From the NCBI RefSeq assembly GCF_001611975.1, contig NZ_CP014525.1, positions 1,585,224 through 1,609,223 of the forward strand: DNA of 24,000 nucleotides. The letters run 5' to 3'. A program made the translations under genes and the position numbers. Source of the stretch: Haematospirillum jordaniae. GTDB taxonomy: Bacteria; Pseudomonadota; Alphaproteobacteria; Rhodospirillales; Rhodospirillaceae. The notes beneath the pieces were generated by a model. That model was not told the DNA's origin and did not search any database. It worked only from the letters and a program-made list of their open reading frames with translations. Shown one piece after another: positions 1 to 6,980 of the stretch (position 1 is the first letter of the stretch; every line of letters starts with the position of its first letter).

Positions 1-1008
1 ATCTTGGCTTCCGGGCGCCTTTTCCATGGTTTCTGCCAAGGACCGTATCAGGCCCTTCATATCCACTTGGCTTTCGGCCATTTTTAGCAGGACTTGCTGT
101 TCAGCCCGCATCTGGTCTGTCAGCGTCAGAAGGCGCTCGACCAGTTCCCGTTGGAACGTCAGAGCTGATGTTCGGCCTTCCTCGCCACGGGCAATTGTTC
201 TTTGTAGCTCGTCTATACTCTCGGCGGTCTGTTCAAGTAGGGCCTGGATATAAGCTGGAACCGATTGCTCGCCCTCGCTCCCAATAACGCCGGAGGTCAG
301 GCGGGTTATCTGCGACAGCCATTCTTCCAGATCATTATAAAAGGCATTCTGGGCTTGCCCGGCCTGCAGGTCCATAAACCCCAGAATCAGTGAGCCGGCC
401 AGCCCAAACAGGGATGATGAGAATGCGGTTCCCATACCTTGCAGGGGCTGCTCTAAGCCTGTTTTCAAGGCTGAAAACACAATGCTTGTATCGCTCTGGC
501 TTGCGATTTCCAGCGACCCAATCACATCGGAGATCGCGCCGACCGTTTGCAGTAGACCCCAGAATGTGCCCAGCAGTCCCAAGAAAATGCATAACCCGAT
601 AAAGTAGCGGGACAGGTCGCGCGCTTCATCCATACGCGATGCAATGCCATCAAGCAGAGACCGCATTGCCGGTGCTGAAAGGGTGAAGCGCCCGCGTCCC
701 TTATGTTCATGGAGCATGGTTGCCATGGGGGAAAGCAGACGCGGTCCCCGTGATACAGCTTCACTGGATGCGGCAGTCTCATCGCGCCGGAATCGTTCGA
801 TCCACTCCAGCTCCGGTCCCAGCGTTGTGACTTCACGCAGGTTCATGATAATACCCGCGAAAATAACCCCGATAATCAGGCCGTTCAGAACAGGGCTAGC
901 CATAAAAAAAGGGAGCACGGCAGGCGTCAGAACGGTCCCAACACCGGCTACAACAGCAAGAAAGACACTCATGCGGACCAGGAAACGGCGGGGACGGGTC
1001 ATGCGCAT
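1..1008 (-). CDS. MotA/TolQ/ExbB-family proton-channel protein with a coiled-coil C-terminal tail. The 3' end lies beyond the left edge (at least 336 aa in the window).
   Basis: Absent from the ORF track because it has no stop in the window. My reverse-strand translation from ATG 1008 is stop-free to base 1: MRMTRPRRFLVRMSVFLAVVAG..NGLIIGVIFAGIIMNL..RYFIGLCIFLGLLGTFWGLLQTVGAI..GMGTAFSSSLFGLAGSLILGFMDLQ. It continues into heptad-like ALLEQTAESIDELQRTIARGEE..LVERLLTLTDQMRAEQQVLLKMAES. The GLLGTFWG motif parallels GLFGTVWG in the TolQ at 12128-12847. Alternative in-frame ATGs are at 1053, 1023 and 1002. Confidence 0.75.
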   Translation of the reverse strand, partial: MRMTRPRRFLVRMSVFLAVVAGVGTVLTPAVLPFFMASPVLNGLIIGVIFAGIIMNLREVTTLGPELEWIERFRRDETAASSEAVSRGPRLLSPMATMLHEHKGRGRFTLSAPAMRSLLDGIASRMDEARDLSRYFIGLCIFLGLLGTFWGLLQTVGAISDVIGSLEIASQSDTSIVFSALKTGLEQPLQGMGTAFSSSLFGLAGSLILGFMDLQAGQAQNAFYNDLEEWLSQITRLTSGVIGSEGEQSVPAYIQALLEQTAESIDELQRTIARGEEGRTSALTFQRELVERLLTLTDQMRAEQQVLLKMAESQVDMKGLIRSLAETMEKAPGSQD

Positions 1009-1058
1009 GCTAGGGGGCCTCATATTCAGCAACAATCCAACACTTGTATGCATGATAC

Positions 1059-1868
1059 CTATGATCCAGCCAGAAGTATATCAACCCTGTCTTCTCTTCC
1101 GTCCGGTGCTTGCCCGCCAAGAGCACGTACGCCAATCCGGTTTGACGGAATGCCTTTTTCCAGCAGATACGAGCGTATGGCCAAGGCTCGTGCCAGCGAT
1201 GTCCGGCGTGCACGCGATGGGTTGTGTGGGTCTTTTCTGGCATAAGCCATCAGCCGTGCACTGGTTTTCTTTTTTTTCCGCATGTCACGAGCCAACGTAT
1301 CCAGATGTGTTTTTGCCGCTTCGGGCAGGGTAATTTCATCGGGTTCGAAGGCAAGGGACAAGGCTGCAGGTGCAAAGGCAAGTGGATCCGTTCCCGGTTC
1401 TGTAACCTTCACAGACGGTTCTTTGCTGGTTTTAAGAGATGCAGGCGATACATCCCGTTTTTCTGTGCGAGCCGGGGGTGTAACCGCCTGTAGGAATGCG
1501 GGCAGGGACGGTGTTGCCGTGTGGTGACCCTTTTTTGTTTCCGGAGCTTTCTCTCCTCCCGCTTTTTTTTCTGCCAAGGGCTGTTCTGGCTGCGTGGGCA
1601 GATTGTCGTGAACAGGGGGAGGGACGTGAAGCCTGCTCGGCAGGTTGCGGCGTACTTTTCTTGCCGGCTCTGTCGCAAGTGATGATGTATCAGAAATGGT
1701 ATGCGGTGGGCCAAAGGCATCAAGGGCCTTGAGATCTACAAAAACAGCGGGGCGGGAGGATGCATCCGTGGCCCCTGCATGAGCCGATAACGACAGCAGT
1801 ACGGGCAGGCTTGCGGCTAGGGATAGTCTGAGCAAGGGCAGGGGTGAGAAGGTGATTGCACGCTTCAC
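1059..1868 (-). CDS. Secreted OmpA-like (peptidoglycan-binding C-terminal domain) protein with a Pro/Lys-rich linker.
   Basis: Track ORF 1059..1907 starts at TTG. An internal GTG at 1868 is preceded by GGGAG 8 nt upstream and gives a signal-peptide-like N-terminus (KRAITFSPLPLLRLSLAASLPVLLSLSAHA/GATD). The C-terminus (LAFEPDEITLPEAAKTHLDTLARDM..RLMAYARKD..SRARRTSLARALAIRSYLLEKGIPSNRIGVRALG) aligns by eye with the OmpA_C core of Pal at 15741-16205. Confidence 0.75.
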   Translation of the reverse strand: MKRAITFSPLPLLRLSLAASLPVLLSLSAHAGATDASSRPAVFVDLKALDAFGPPHTISDTSSLATEPARKVRRNLPSRLHVPPPVHDNLPTQPEQPLAEKKAGGEKAPETKKGHHTATPSLPAFLQAVTPPARTEKRDVSPASLKTSKEPSVKVTEPGTDPLAFAPAALSLAFEPDEITLPEAAKTHLDTLARDMRKKKKTSARLMAYARKDPHNPSRARRTSLARALAIRSYLLEKGIPSNRIGVRALGGQAPDGREDRVDILLAGS

Positions 1869-1951
1869 GAGGCAGTCTCCCGGCGGTTGCCAAAGAAGAA
1901 ACGGCAAGCTGCAACAGGATTGTCAGGCAGCTTGTCGCTTCTTTCCCAGAG

Positions 1952-1979
1952 ACTATATCACCTGTTCCGTGTGCTGCAA
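1952..1979 (-). promoter_or_regulatory. Sigma70-like promoter candidate for the OmpA-like/MotA-like pair.
   Basis: The minus strand reads TTGCAG (1979-1974), a 16-nt spacer, then TATAGT (1957-1952), about 85 nt upstream of GTG 1868. A perfect 10-bp palindrome GGTTGCAACC (1983-1992) sits just upstream of the -35. Confidence 0.35.
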
Positions 1980-2019
1980 TCAGGTTGCAACCTAGGCAGG
2001 CTTCGTGAGCGTGGCGGAA

Positions 2020-2835
2020 TTATGATTTGTCTGATCCGCTGGAGCCGGGTTCCTTGAGCAGGGCAAGGAGACCATGGTGCAGAGGTTCGTTTGACGCCAG
2101 AAGATTGCCTGATGCAACCGGGTCGGCAGTGGTGTCCAGCGAGCTGACGTACCCGCCAGCTTCCCGTACCATCAGAACGCCCGCGGCTACATCCCAAGGA
2201 GACAGGTGCGCTTCCCAGAATCCATCAAAGCGCCCGGCTGCAACCCATGCCAGATCCAAGGACGCGGATCCCATGCGCCGCACCCCGGCCACCGTATTCA
2301 TGATCCGCTGCAGCTGTCGCACAAAGACGGGGTGTTCCCCGCGCCCCTTGTGAGGAATGCCGGTTCCAAGGACTGCTTCATCCGCTTTCCTGCGACCGGA
2401 GACGCGCAGACGTCTGTCGTTGAAAAACGCGCCACCCCCTTTTTCGGCGGTGAAGAGTTCATTGGTGATAGGATTGTAGGTTACGCCTGCCACAACCTCT
2501 CCCGCACGCTCGAGCGCAATGGAAACGGCAAAATGCGGGATACCGTGCAGGAAGTTGGTTGTTCCATCCAGTGGGTCGATGATCCAGCGGTGTTCGGTGT
2601 CACTGCCTTCGACAACGCCGCCTTCTTCCAACAGAAAGCCGAAGCTGGGCCGGGCCTTGGACAGTTCTGCACGCAAAATCTTCTCGGCCTTGAGATCTGC
2701 GGCTGATACGAAGTCGCCCACGCCCTTGATCGAGACCTGAAGCTGCTCAAGTTCGCCAAAGTCGCGCACCAGCTTTCGTCCGGCTTTTTCAGCCGCCATA
2801 ACCATGACATTGAGTACAGGAGAGCGAAGAGCCAT
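2020..2835 (-). CDS. suhB: Inositol monophosphatase family protein (SuhB-like).
   Basis: Contains WIIDPLDGTTNFLHG and the AAGRFDGFWE..WD motif typical of the IMPase family. Track ORF 2020..2898 starts at GTG. The internal ATG 2835 gives MALRSPVLNVMVMAAEKAGRKL, which matches the usual SuhB N-terminus and a 271-aa length. Confidence 0.9.
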   Translation of the reverse strand: MALRSPVLNVMVMAAEKAGRKLVRDFGELEQLQVSIKGVGDFVSAADLKAEKILRAELSKARPSFGFLLEEGGVVEGSDTEHRWIIDPLDGTTNFLHGIPHFAVSIALERAGEVVAGVTYNPITNELFTAEKGGGAFFNDRRLRVSGRRKADEAVLGTGIPHKGRGEHPVFVRQLQRIMNTVAGVRRMGSASLDLAWVAAGRFDGFWEAHLSPWDVAAGVLMVREAGGYVSSLDTTADPVASGNLLASNEPLHHGLLALLKEPGSSGSDKS

Positions 2836-2910
2836 TGCCTGAAAGGTTCCCTCAAAAAAGTCAGGCGGGCATGCTGCACAGCAACAAAAACCCGCCACAA
2901 AGCCTTGCTG

Positions 2911-2948
2911 CCCCGGAGCGCTACGCGCTGTAACCGGCTCGGGGTTTT
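2911..2948. terminator. GC-rich hairpin in the efp-suhB spacer; possible terminator or attenuator of uncertain orientation.
   Basis: CCCCGGAGC (2911-2919) pairs with GCTCGGGG (2937-2944) with one bulge. There is an inner AGCGC/GCGCT stem. The T-run (2945-2948) follows on the plus strand only; on the gene-bearing minus strand it is an upstream A-run. Confidence 0.3.
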
Positions 2949-2955
2949 CTGGAAC

Positions 2956-3522
2956 TTATCCCTTGTAGCGTTCTACGTAGGAGCATTCCTCGGTGTTGAC
3001 AACCACCTTGGTGCCTGCCTCGATATGCGGTGGAATCATGATCCGCATTCCGTTTTCCAGCATGCCCGGCTTGTAGGATGAAGAGGCTGTTTGCCCCTTG
3101 ACGACGGGCTCACACTCCACAACGGCCAAGACGACCGAGTTAGGAAGCTTCACGGATACGGGCTTGCCCTCGATCAGGTCAATAACCACATCCATGCCAT
3201 CCTGCAGAAAACCGCCCTTTTCACCGACCAAGTCGGACTGCAGCGGGAACTGGTCGAATGTTTCCTTGTCCATGAAGTTATAGCCGGATTCATCCTGGAA
3301 CAGGTATGTACAGTCAATCTGACGGACATCCAGCTTTTCCACGGTATCAGCCGTGCGCCAGCGTGCGTTGGACTTGTTTCCGGTATCGACATCCCGGATT
3401 TCCACGGTGATGAAGGCGCCGCCCTTTCCTGGCTGCACAATCTGGGTCTTCAGGACGCTCCAGCTGCGGCCTTCGTGTTCGATGACCATGCCGGGGCGAA
3501 TCAGGTTGGCGTTAATCTTCAT
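2956..3522 (-). CDS. efp: Translation elongation factor P.
   Basis: 188 aa, MKINANLIRPGMVIEHEGRSWSVLKTQIVQPGKGGAFITVEIRD. The PGKG loop contains the conserved modifiable Lys. Full EF-P length. Confidence 0.97.
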   Translation of the reverse strand: MKINANLIRPGMVIEHEGRSWSVLKTQIVQPGKGGAFITVEIRDVDTGNKSNARWRTADTVEKLDVRQIDCTYLFQDESGYNFMDKETFDQFPLQSDLVGEKGGFLQDGMDVVIDLIEGKPVSVKLPNSVVLAVVECEPVVKGQTASSSYKPGMLENGMRIMIPPHIEAGTKVVVNTEECSYVERYKG

Positions 3523-3648
3523 GTGTAAACTTCTGAAAGCTGTTTCAAGGAGAATTGGTCACAGATCGCAGCGGGCTTCCTATCAGATCGTGGCGCCTCT
3601 GGCAACAGAGCTGGCATTGTTTCTTCAATTGCTATATCAGGTGCGCTT

Positions 3649-4665
3649 ATGATGCAGGATAAGAACAGATCATCGCTTCCACGCTGGTGGGACGCCGATT
3701 CGTTGGCGCGCCGGCTTCCTTTTCTGCGGGCTCGCCAGAATATTATGGCCAATATCCGCACCTTTTTTGCGGTCCGGGACTTTCTGGAGGTGGAAACGCC
3801 GGCCCTTCAGTGTTCGCCGGGTCTGGAACCGCATTTGAAGGCCTTTCGTACGGTTCTTGAGGATCCGGATGGTGGGGAGCGGACATTCTATCTGCATACA
3901 AGCCCCGAATTTGCCATGAAAAAGCTTCTGGCAGGGGGCCTTCCGCGTCTGTTCCAGATTGCCCGTGTTTTCCGTAATGGTGAGCGATCTGATACTCATC
4001 ATCCAGAATTTACAATGCTAGAATGGTACCGTGCGCAGGCCAGCTACACGGATCTGATGGTTGATGTCGAGGAGCTTTTTACGGCCGTCGGCATCCTTCA
4101 GCCGGTTTCCCGGCTGACGGTCCAGGATGCTTTCCTTCGTTATGCTGGTATCGATCTGCTGTCGACAGTATCGGATCCGTCTGATCCCGCTCCGCCACCG
4201 GATTGTTTGCGTGCAGAAGCATCCCGTATCGGTGTGTATACCGGGGCTGGTGATCGCTGGGATGATGTGTTCTTTCACATCTTTCTGGACCGTATAGAGC
4301 CTTCTCTGGGCTGTGATGGCCCCGTCATCCTGTATGATTGGCCGGCATCGATGGCGGCGTTGTCGCGGCGTTCAGTCGCGGATCCCAGGGTGTGTGAGCG
4401 TTTTGAGGTGTATCTGAACGGGGTGGAGCTGGCTAATGCATTCGGCGAACTAACCGATGCTGCGGAGCAGCGCCGCCGTTTCGAGCATGATATGGAGCTG
4501 AAGCAGCGCTTGTATGGCGTACGCTACCCGATTGATGAAGCCTTTATGGATGCGGTGTCTTGTTTGCCAGAATGTGCGGGTATTGCCTTGGGGGTAGACC
4601 GGCTGGTGATGGCGGTGGCCGGGGCCAGCCGCATCACCGATGTGCTATGGGCCGAGGTTGACTGA
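3649..4665 (+). CDS. epmA: EF-P lysine aminoacylase (EpmA/GenX/PoxA, a truncated class II LysRS paralogue).
   Basis: 338 aa. Class II aaRS core motifs (FLEVETPAL, RVFRNGERSDTHHPEFTMLEWY, GIALGVDRLVM) with no anticodon-binding domain. Divergent from efp. Confidence 0.92.
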   Translation: MMQDKNRSSLPRWWDADSLARRLPFLRARQNIMANIRTFFAVRDFLEVETPALQCSPGLEPHLKAFRTVLEDPDGGERTFYLHTSPEFAMKKLLAGGLPRLFQIARVFRNGERSDTHHPEFTMLEWYRAQASYTDLMVDVEELFTAVGILQPVSRLTVQDAFLRYAGIDLLSTVSDPSDPAPPPDCLRAEASRIGVYTGAGDRWDDVFFHIFLDRIEPSLGCDGPVILYDWPASMAALSRRSVADPRVCERFEVYLNGVELANAFGELTDAAEQRRRFEHDMELKQRLYGVRYPIDEAFMDAVSCLPECAGIALGVDRLVMAVAGASRITDVLWAEVD

Positions 4666-4674
4666 TCTGTCCTT

Positions 4675-5313
4675 TCAGGGGGTCATGATCTGGTTCAGCT
4701 TCCTGATCGCGTCCTCAGGTCCATCCGGCCAGTCCCATACGCCACTGCATACGGCCAGAAAATCAGCGCCGGCTTCAACCAGTGGACGGGCATTGTCCGG
4801 TGTTATACCTCCGATGGCCACGCAGGGTGGGGTCATGGTTTCTTGCCACCAGCGCAGCAAGGATGCGTCAGCCATGGCTGGTGGTTCTTTGGTCTGCGTC
4901 GGGTAGAAAGCCCCAAAGGCGATATAATCGGCTCCGCCTTCGGCCGCCAGCATGCCCAGATGGCGACTGTCGTGGCAGGTGACACCCACGATTCGGTCAG
5001 ATCCCATAATCCGGCGTGCCTCTGTGCAGCTGCTGTCATTCTGCCCGACGTGGACACCGTCACACCCGCCTTGGTTGGCCAAGTCCGGTCTGTCGTTGAG
5101 GATAAAGGCAACATCGTGCTGCTGTGCAACAGGCATGAGCTGCTCGATTGCCCGTAAAACGGTCGCATCATCCGCTGTTTTCATGCGCAGCTGTAGTGCT
5201 GCAACATCGCCGGCGCCCAAGGCTGATTTGAGTCGCTCGGCAAAGCGCGGCACATCGTGCAGGTTTGGTGGCGTGACAAGGTAAAGGCGGCATTCGTGTG
5301 AAAAGGCGACCAT
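4675..5313 (-). CDS. thiE: Thiamine-phosphate synthase.
   Basis: RLYLVTPP, ALQLRMK, FILNDRPDLA..GVHVGQ, ADYIAFGAFYPTQTK, VAIGGI. Track ORF extends to 5358. ATG 5313 overlaps the upstream ORF stop (TAATG) and gives a normal 212-aa length. Confidence 0.92.
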   Translation of the reverse strand: MVAFSHECRLYLVTPPNLHDVPRFAERLKSALGAGDVAALQLRMKTADDATVLRAIEQLMPVAQQHDVAFILNDRPDLANQGGCDGVHVGQNDSSCTEARRIMGSDRIVGVTCHDSRHLGMLAAEGGADYIAFGAFYPTQTKEPPAMADASLLRWWQETMTPPCVAIGGITPDNARPLVEAGADFLAVCSGVWDWPDGPEDAIRKLNQIMTP

Positions 5314-5843
5314 TAGGGTTCCTGCAGGAGGTTGAGGGGCCGGCGCGGGCCGGTGCAAAGTGCCCCCTTGATAGCGTCACGATCTCCTCGGAGCAATGCT
5401 TTGCATGCATAATCTGCATCTGTGCACAGCCCCAGATCTAGGCGTTCTGGATAATCTAGGGTCAATCGCTGCCCTAATTGCTTGGCTACGGCTTCAAGGG
5501 TTCTGGTTGCTGTTGCGTGCAGGCTGTGGACGGCTATAGCAGGGATTCCATCGCGTAGGGCTGTGAGTGCCATCCCAGCTGCATCACCGCAGTCCAGCAC
5601 TAGAGTCCACCGATCCGGGGGGGTCCCGGTTGTTTCGGTCAGGCAGAGAAGCCAGAGCCACCGGGGACCTTGCCACCGGATGGCATCTGGTGGGCTCCAG
5701 AACTCTAGGACGCGAGGGTTTCCCAGGCTGCGCTGCGCGTGCAGGGCTGCACGGATGTGGTCGCGTCCGTGGACGATCATGCGCAAGGGGGTGGGGGGTG
5801 ACAGCGGGGTGTCTCCGGACAAGCTGGACAGGGCAAGAGGCAA
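5313..5843 (-). CDS. Hypothetical protein (up to 176 aa), translationally coupled to thiE.
   Basis: The only plausible ORF filling the 5314-5843 gap. Its third-codon-position composition resembles neighbouring genes. The TAATG junction joins it to thiE. The start is uncertain (TTG 5843 or ATG 5780), with no obvious SD at either. I recognise no family motif. Confidence 0.55.
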   Translation of the reverse strand: MPLALSSLSGDTPLSPPTPLRMIVHGRDHIRAALHAQRSLGNPRVLEFWSPPDAIRWQGPRWLWLLCLTETTGTPPDRWTLVLDCGDAAGMALTALRDGIPAIAVHSLHATATRTLEAVAKQLGQRLTLDYPERLDLGLCTDADYACKALLRGDRDAIKGALCTGPRRPLNLLQEP

Positions 5844-5848
5844 GAATG

Positions 5849-5877
5849 TTGACCGGTGCCCGGGTGGTGCCTATTCT
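5849..5877 (+). promoter_or_regulatory. Sigma70-like promoter candidate for the DUF4164-zapA operon.
   Basis: TTGACC (5849-5854), a 17-nt spacer, then TATTCT (5872-5877), about 50 nt upstream of the first start codons. Confidence 0.4.
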
Positions 5878-5920
5878 GTGCCGCCGTATGCACAGCGGCT
5901 GTGCAGTGTATTGAAACCCA

Positions 5921-6163
5921 ATGAGGATGTCTATGTCGAGCCGGATTGAACAGGCCCTCGGCCGTCTTGATGATGCGGTGGCCGCCCTTGAGCAGGCCGG
6001 CCTGAAGGCTGCCGGAGCGTGCGACAGCAGCGAGGTTGCGCGTCTGAGCGCTGATCTGGAAGCTGTGCGTGCCGATTATGCAGCGTTACAGTTGACCAGC
6101 CAGCAGGCATCCGGGCGCATAGACGCCGCAATCAGCCGCTTGCGCGCTGTACTGGAGGTATAG
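5921..6163 (+). CDS. Small coiled-coil protein, DUF4164/ZauP-like (ZapA-associated).
   Basis: 76-80 aa, all-helical heptad-like sequence (IEQALGRLDDAVAALEQAGL..LEAVRADYAALQLTSQQASGRIDAAISRLRAVLE). It lies immediately upstream of zapA with a 4-nt gap. The likely true start is ATG 5933, with GAGGA at 5923-5927. Confidence 0.8.
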   Translation: MRMSMSSRIEQALGRLDDAVAALEQAGLKAAGACDSSEVARLSADLEAVRADYAALQLTSQQASGRIDAAISRLRAVLEV

Positions 6164-6167
6164 GCCC

Positions 6168-6758
6168 ATGGCCAAGGTTACGCTGACGATCAACAGCCGT
6201 CATTATACCGTTGGGTGCGAAGACGGACAGGAGGCAGAGGTCGAACTGCTTGGCCGTGATATTGATCGTCGTGCCCGGGCGCTGGCCAATGAGGCTGGCG
6301 CAGTTTCCGATGAACTGGTCATGGTTCTTGTATCGCTGTTGTTGGCGGATGAAGCTCGCGAAGCCACCAAGGCGCGGGATGCTCTTGTCCGAAGTCTTGA
6401 GGAGGCTGTTGAGGCCCGTGACAAGGCGCAGGAGATGTCCGAGCATATCGCGCTGGAGGCGGATCAGGAAATCCGGCGGGTTGTGGGCGTCCGGGATCGT
6501 CTGGAGGCCGACCGTGACGCTGCTTTGTCGGCGCATAAGGCCTTGGAGGCCAGCTTGTGTGCGATGCAGCAAGAGAGAGACGTCTTGCGTGCACAGCTTG
6601 AAGAAGCGCGTCAGGCCTTGGATTCAGCCCGTCTTCACCTTGAGCAAAGGCGCGATGAGCAGTCTACCCTGCGTTTGAGTGAAGAGAATTTTGTCAGCGC
6701 AATTGAGCACATGGCAAAACGTGTGGAAACAGTTGCGCAAACGCTTCTGGTCTCCTAG
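6168..6758 (+). CDS. zapA: Cell division protein ZapA with an extended C-terminal coiled coil.
   Basis: The N-terminus VTLTINSRHYTVGCEDGQEAEVELLGRDIDRRARAL is the ZapA fold signature. The remaining roughly 120 aa are coiled-coil-like (E/R/A/L/D/Q-rich). Confidence 0.88.
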   Translation: MAKVTLTINSRHYTVGCEDGQEAEVELLGRDIDRRARALANEAGAVSDELVMVLVSLLLADEAREATKARDALVRSLEEAVEARDKAQEMSEHIALEADQEIRRVVGVRDRLEADRDAALSAHKALEASLCAMQQERDVLRAQLEEARQALDSARLHLEQRRDEQSTLRLSEENFVSAIEHMAKRVETVAQTLLVS

Positions 6759-6792
6759 ACTGAGGTTGTGCGAAGCTGCCCGGCTCGTCAGG

Positions 6793-6817
6793 TTGCACTA
6801 CTCCCGGGGGCTATAAT
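6793..6817 (+). promoter_or_regulatory. Promoter candidate with a perfect -10 box, upstream of the putative 6S RNA.
   Basis: Perfect TATAAT at 6812-6817. The nearest -35-like hexamer, TTGCAC (6793-6798), is only 13 nt away, so the -35 assignment is weak. Confidence 0.35.
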
Positions 6818-6821
6818 CTTA

Positions 6822-6980
6822 GAAAGGGGCCTGTCCCTGTTGTGGCTGTGGCTGCAGTATCATGGGTCCCACTTTGTGCTCGCGGCCTTAGTGGAGGTTG
6901 CGCTTTGCCAACGGCCCAAGGTGGCTTCGCCTCTTGATTGCTTTTTGTCCGGGCCCGTGCGTCTGTGCGGGTCCGTCTTT
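6822..6980 (+). ncRNA. ssrS: Candidate 6S RNA; approximate ends.
   Basis: The position between zapA and the 5-formyl-THF cyclo-ligase gene matches the E. coli zapA-ssrS-ygfA arrangement. It starts about 6-10 nt after the TATAAT box. By hand, 5' GGGCCUGU (6827-6834) pairs with GCGGGUCC (6967-6974), and GCAGUAUCA (6854-6862) pairs with UGAUUGC (6935-6941). Unpaired stretches lie between, and an apical irregular stem covers about 6886-6924. The 3' end is GUCUUU. The whole is a rod of about 155 nt with a central bubble. Confidence 0.45.

Noticed and set aside
644-1333. 229-aa plus-strand ORF in the track.
   Set aside because: It is antisense to the MotA-like and OmpA-like genes. Its R/S/P-rich composition is typical of an off-strand frame in GC-rich DNA, and it has no motif.
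1-1907. Calling the MotA-like/OmpA-like pair a Zorya (ZorAB) defence system.
   Set aside because: Gene order is reversed. The OmpA-like partner has a signal peptide instead of a ZorB/MotB-type TM helix with Asp. No ZorC/ZorD-like genes are visible and the tail length is unknown because the gene is truncated. Flanking genes are core housekeeping. The resemblance is only architectural.
2836-2898. N-terminal extension of suhB from GTG 2898 (MAGFCCCAACPPDFFEGTFQA).
   Set aside because: It is Cys-rich with no counterpart in SuhB. ATG 2835 reproduces the canonical N-terminus and length.
5844-5920. TPP (THI-box) riboswitch upstream of the hypothetical-thiE unit.
   Set aside because: Only 77 bp are available and neither strand contains the CUGAGA or ACCUGAUCUGGAUAAUGCCAGCG-like conserved cores.
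5482-5949. 155-aa plus-strand ORF (and the 115-aa ORF at 5567..5914) opposite the 176-aa hypothetical.
   Set aside because: Arg/Ser/Gly-rich antisense-type composition. It would run across the zauP-like promoter and start. The minus-strand ORF is the one coupled to thiE.
1980-6797. Shared 10-mer TCAGGTTGCA at 1980-1989 and 6788-6797, both near promoter candidates.
   Set aside because: In a 24-kb window, hundreds of chance 10-mer coincidences are expected. The orientations relative to the two promoters differ.
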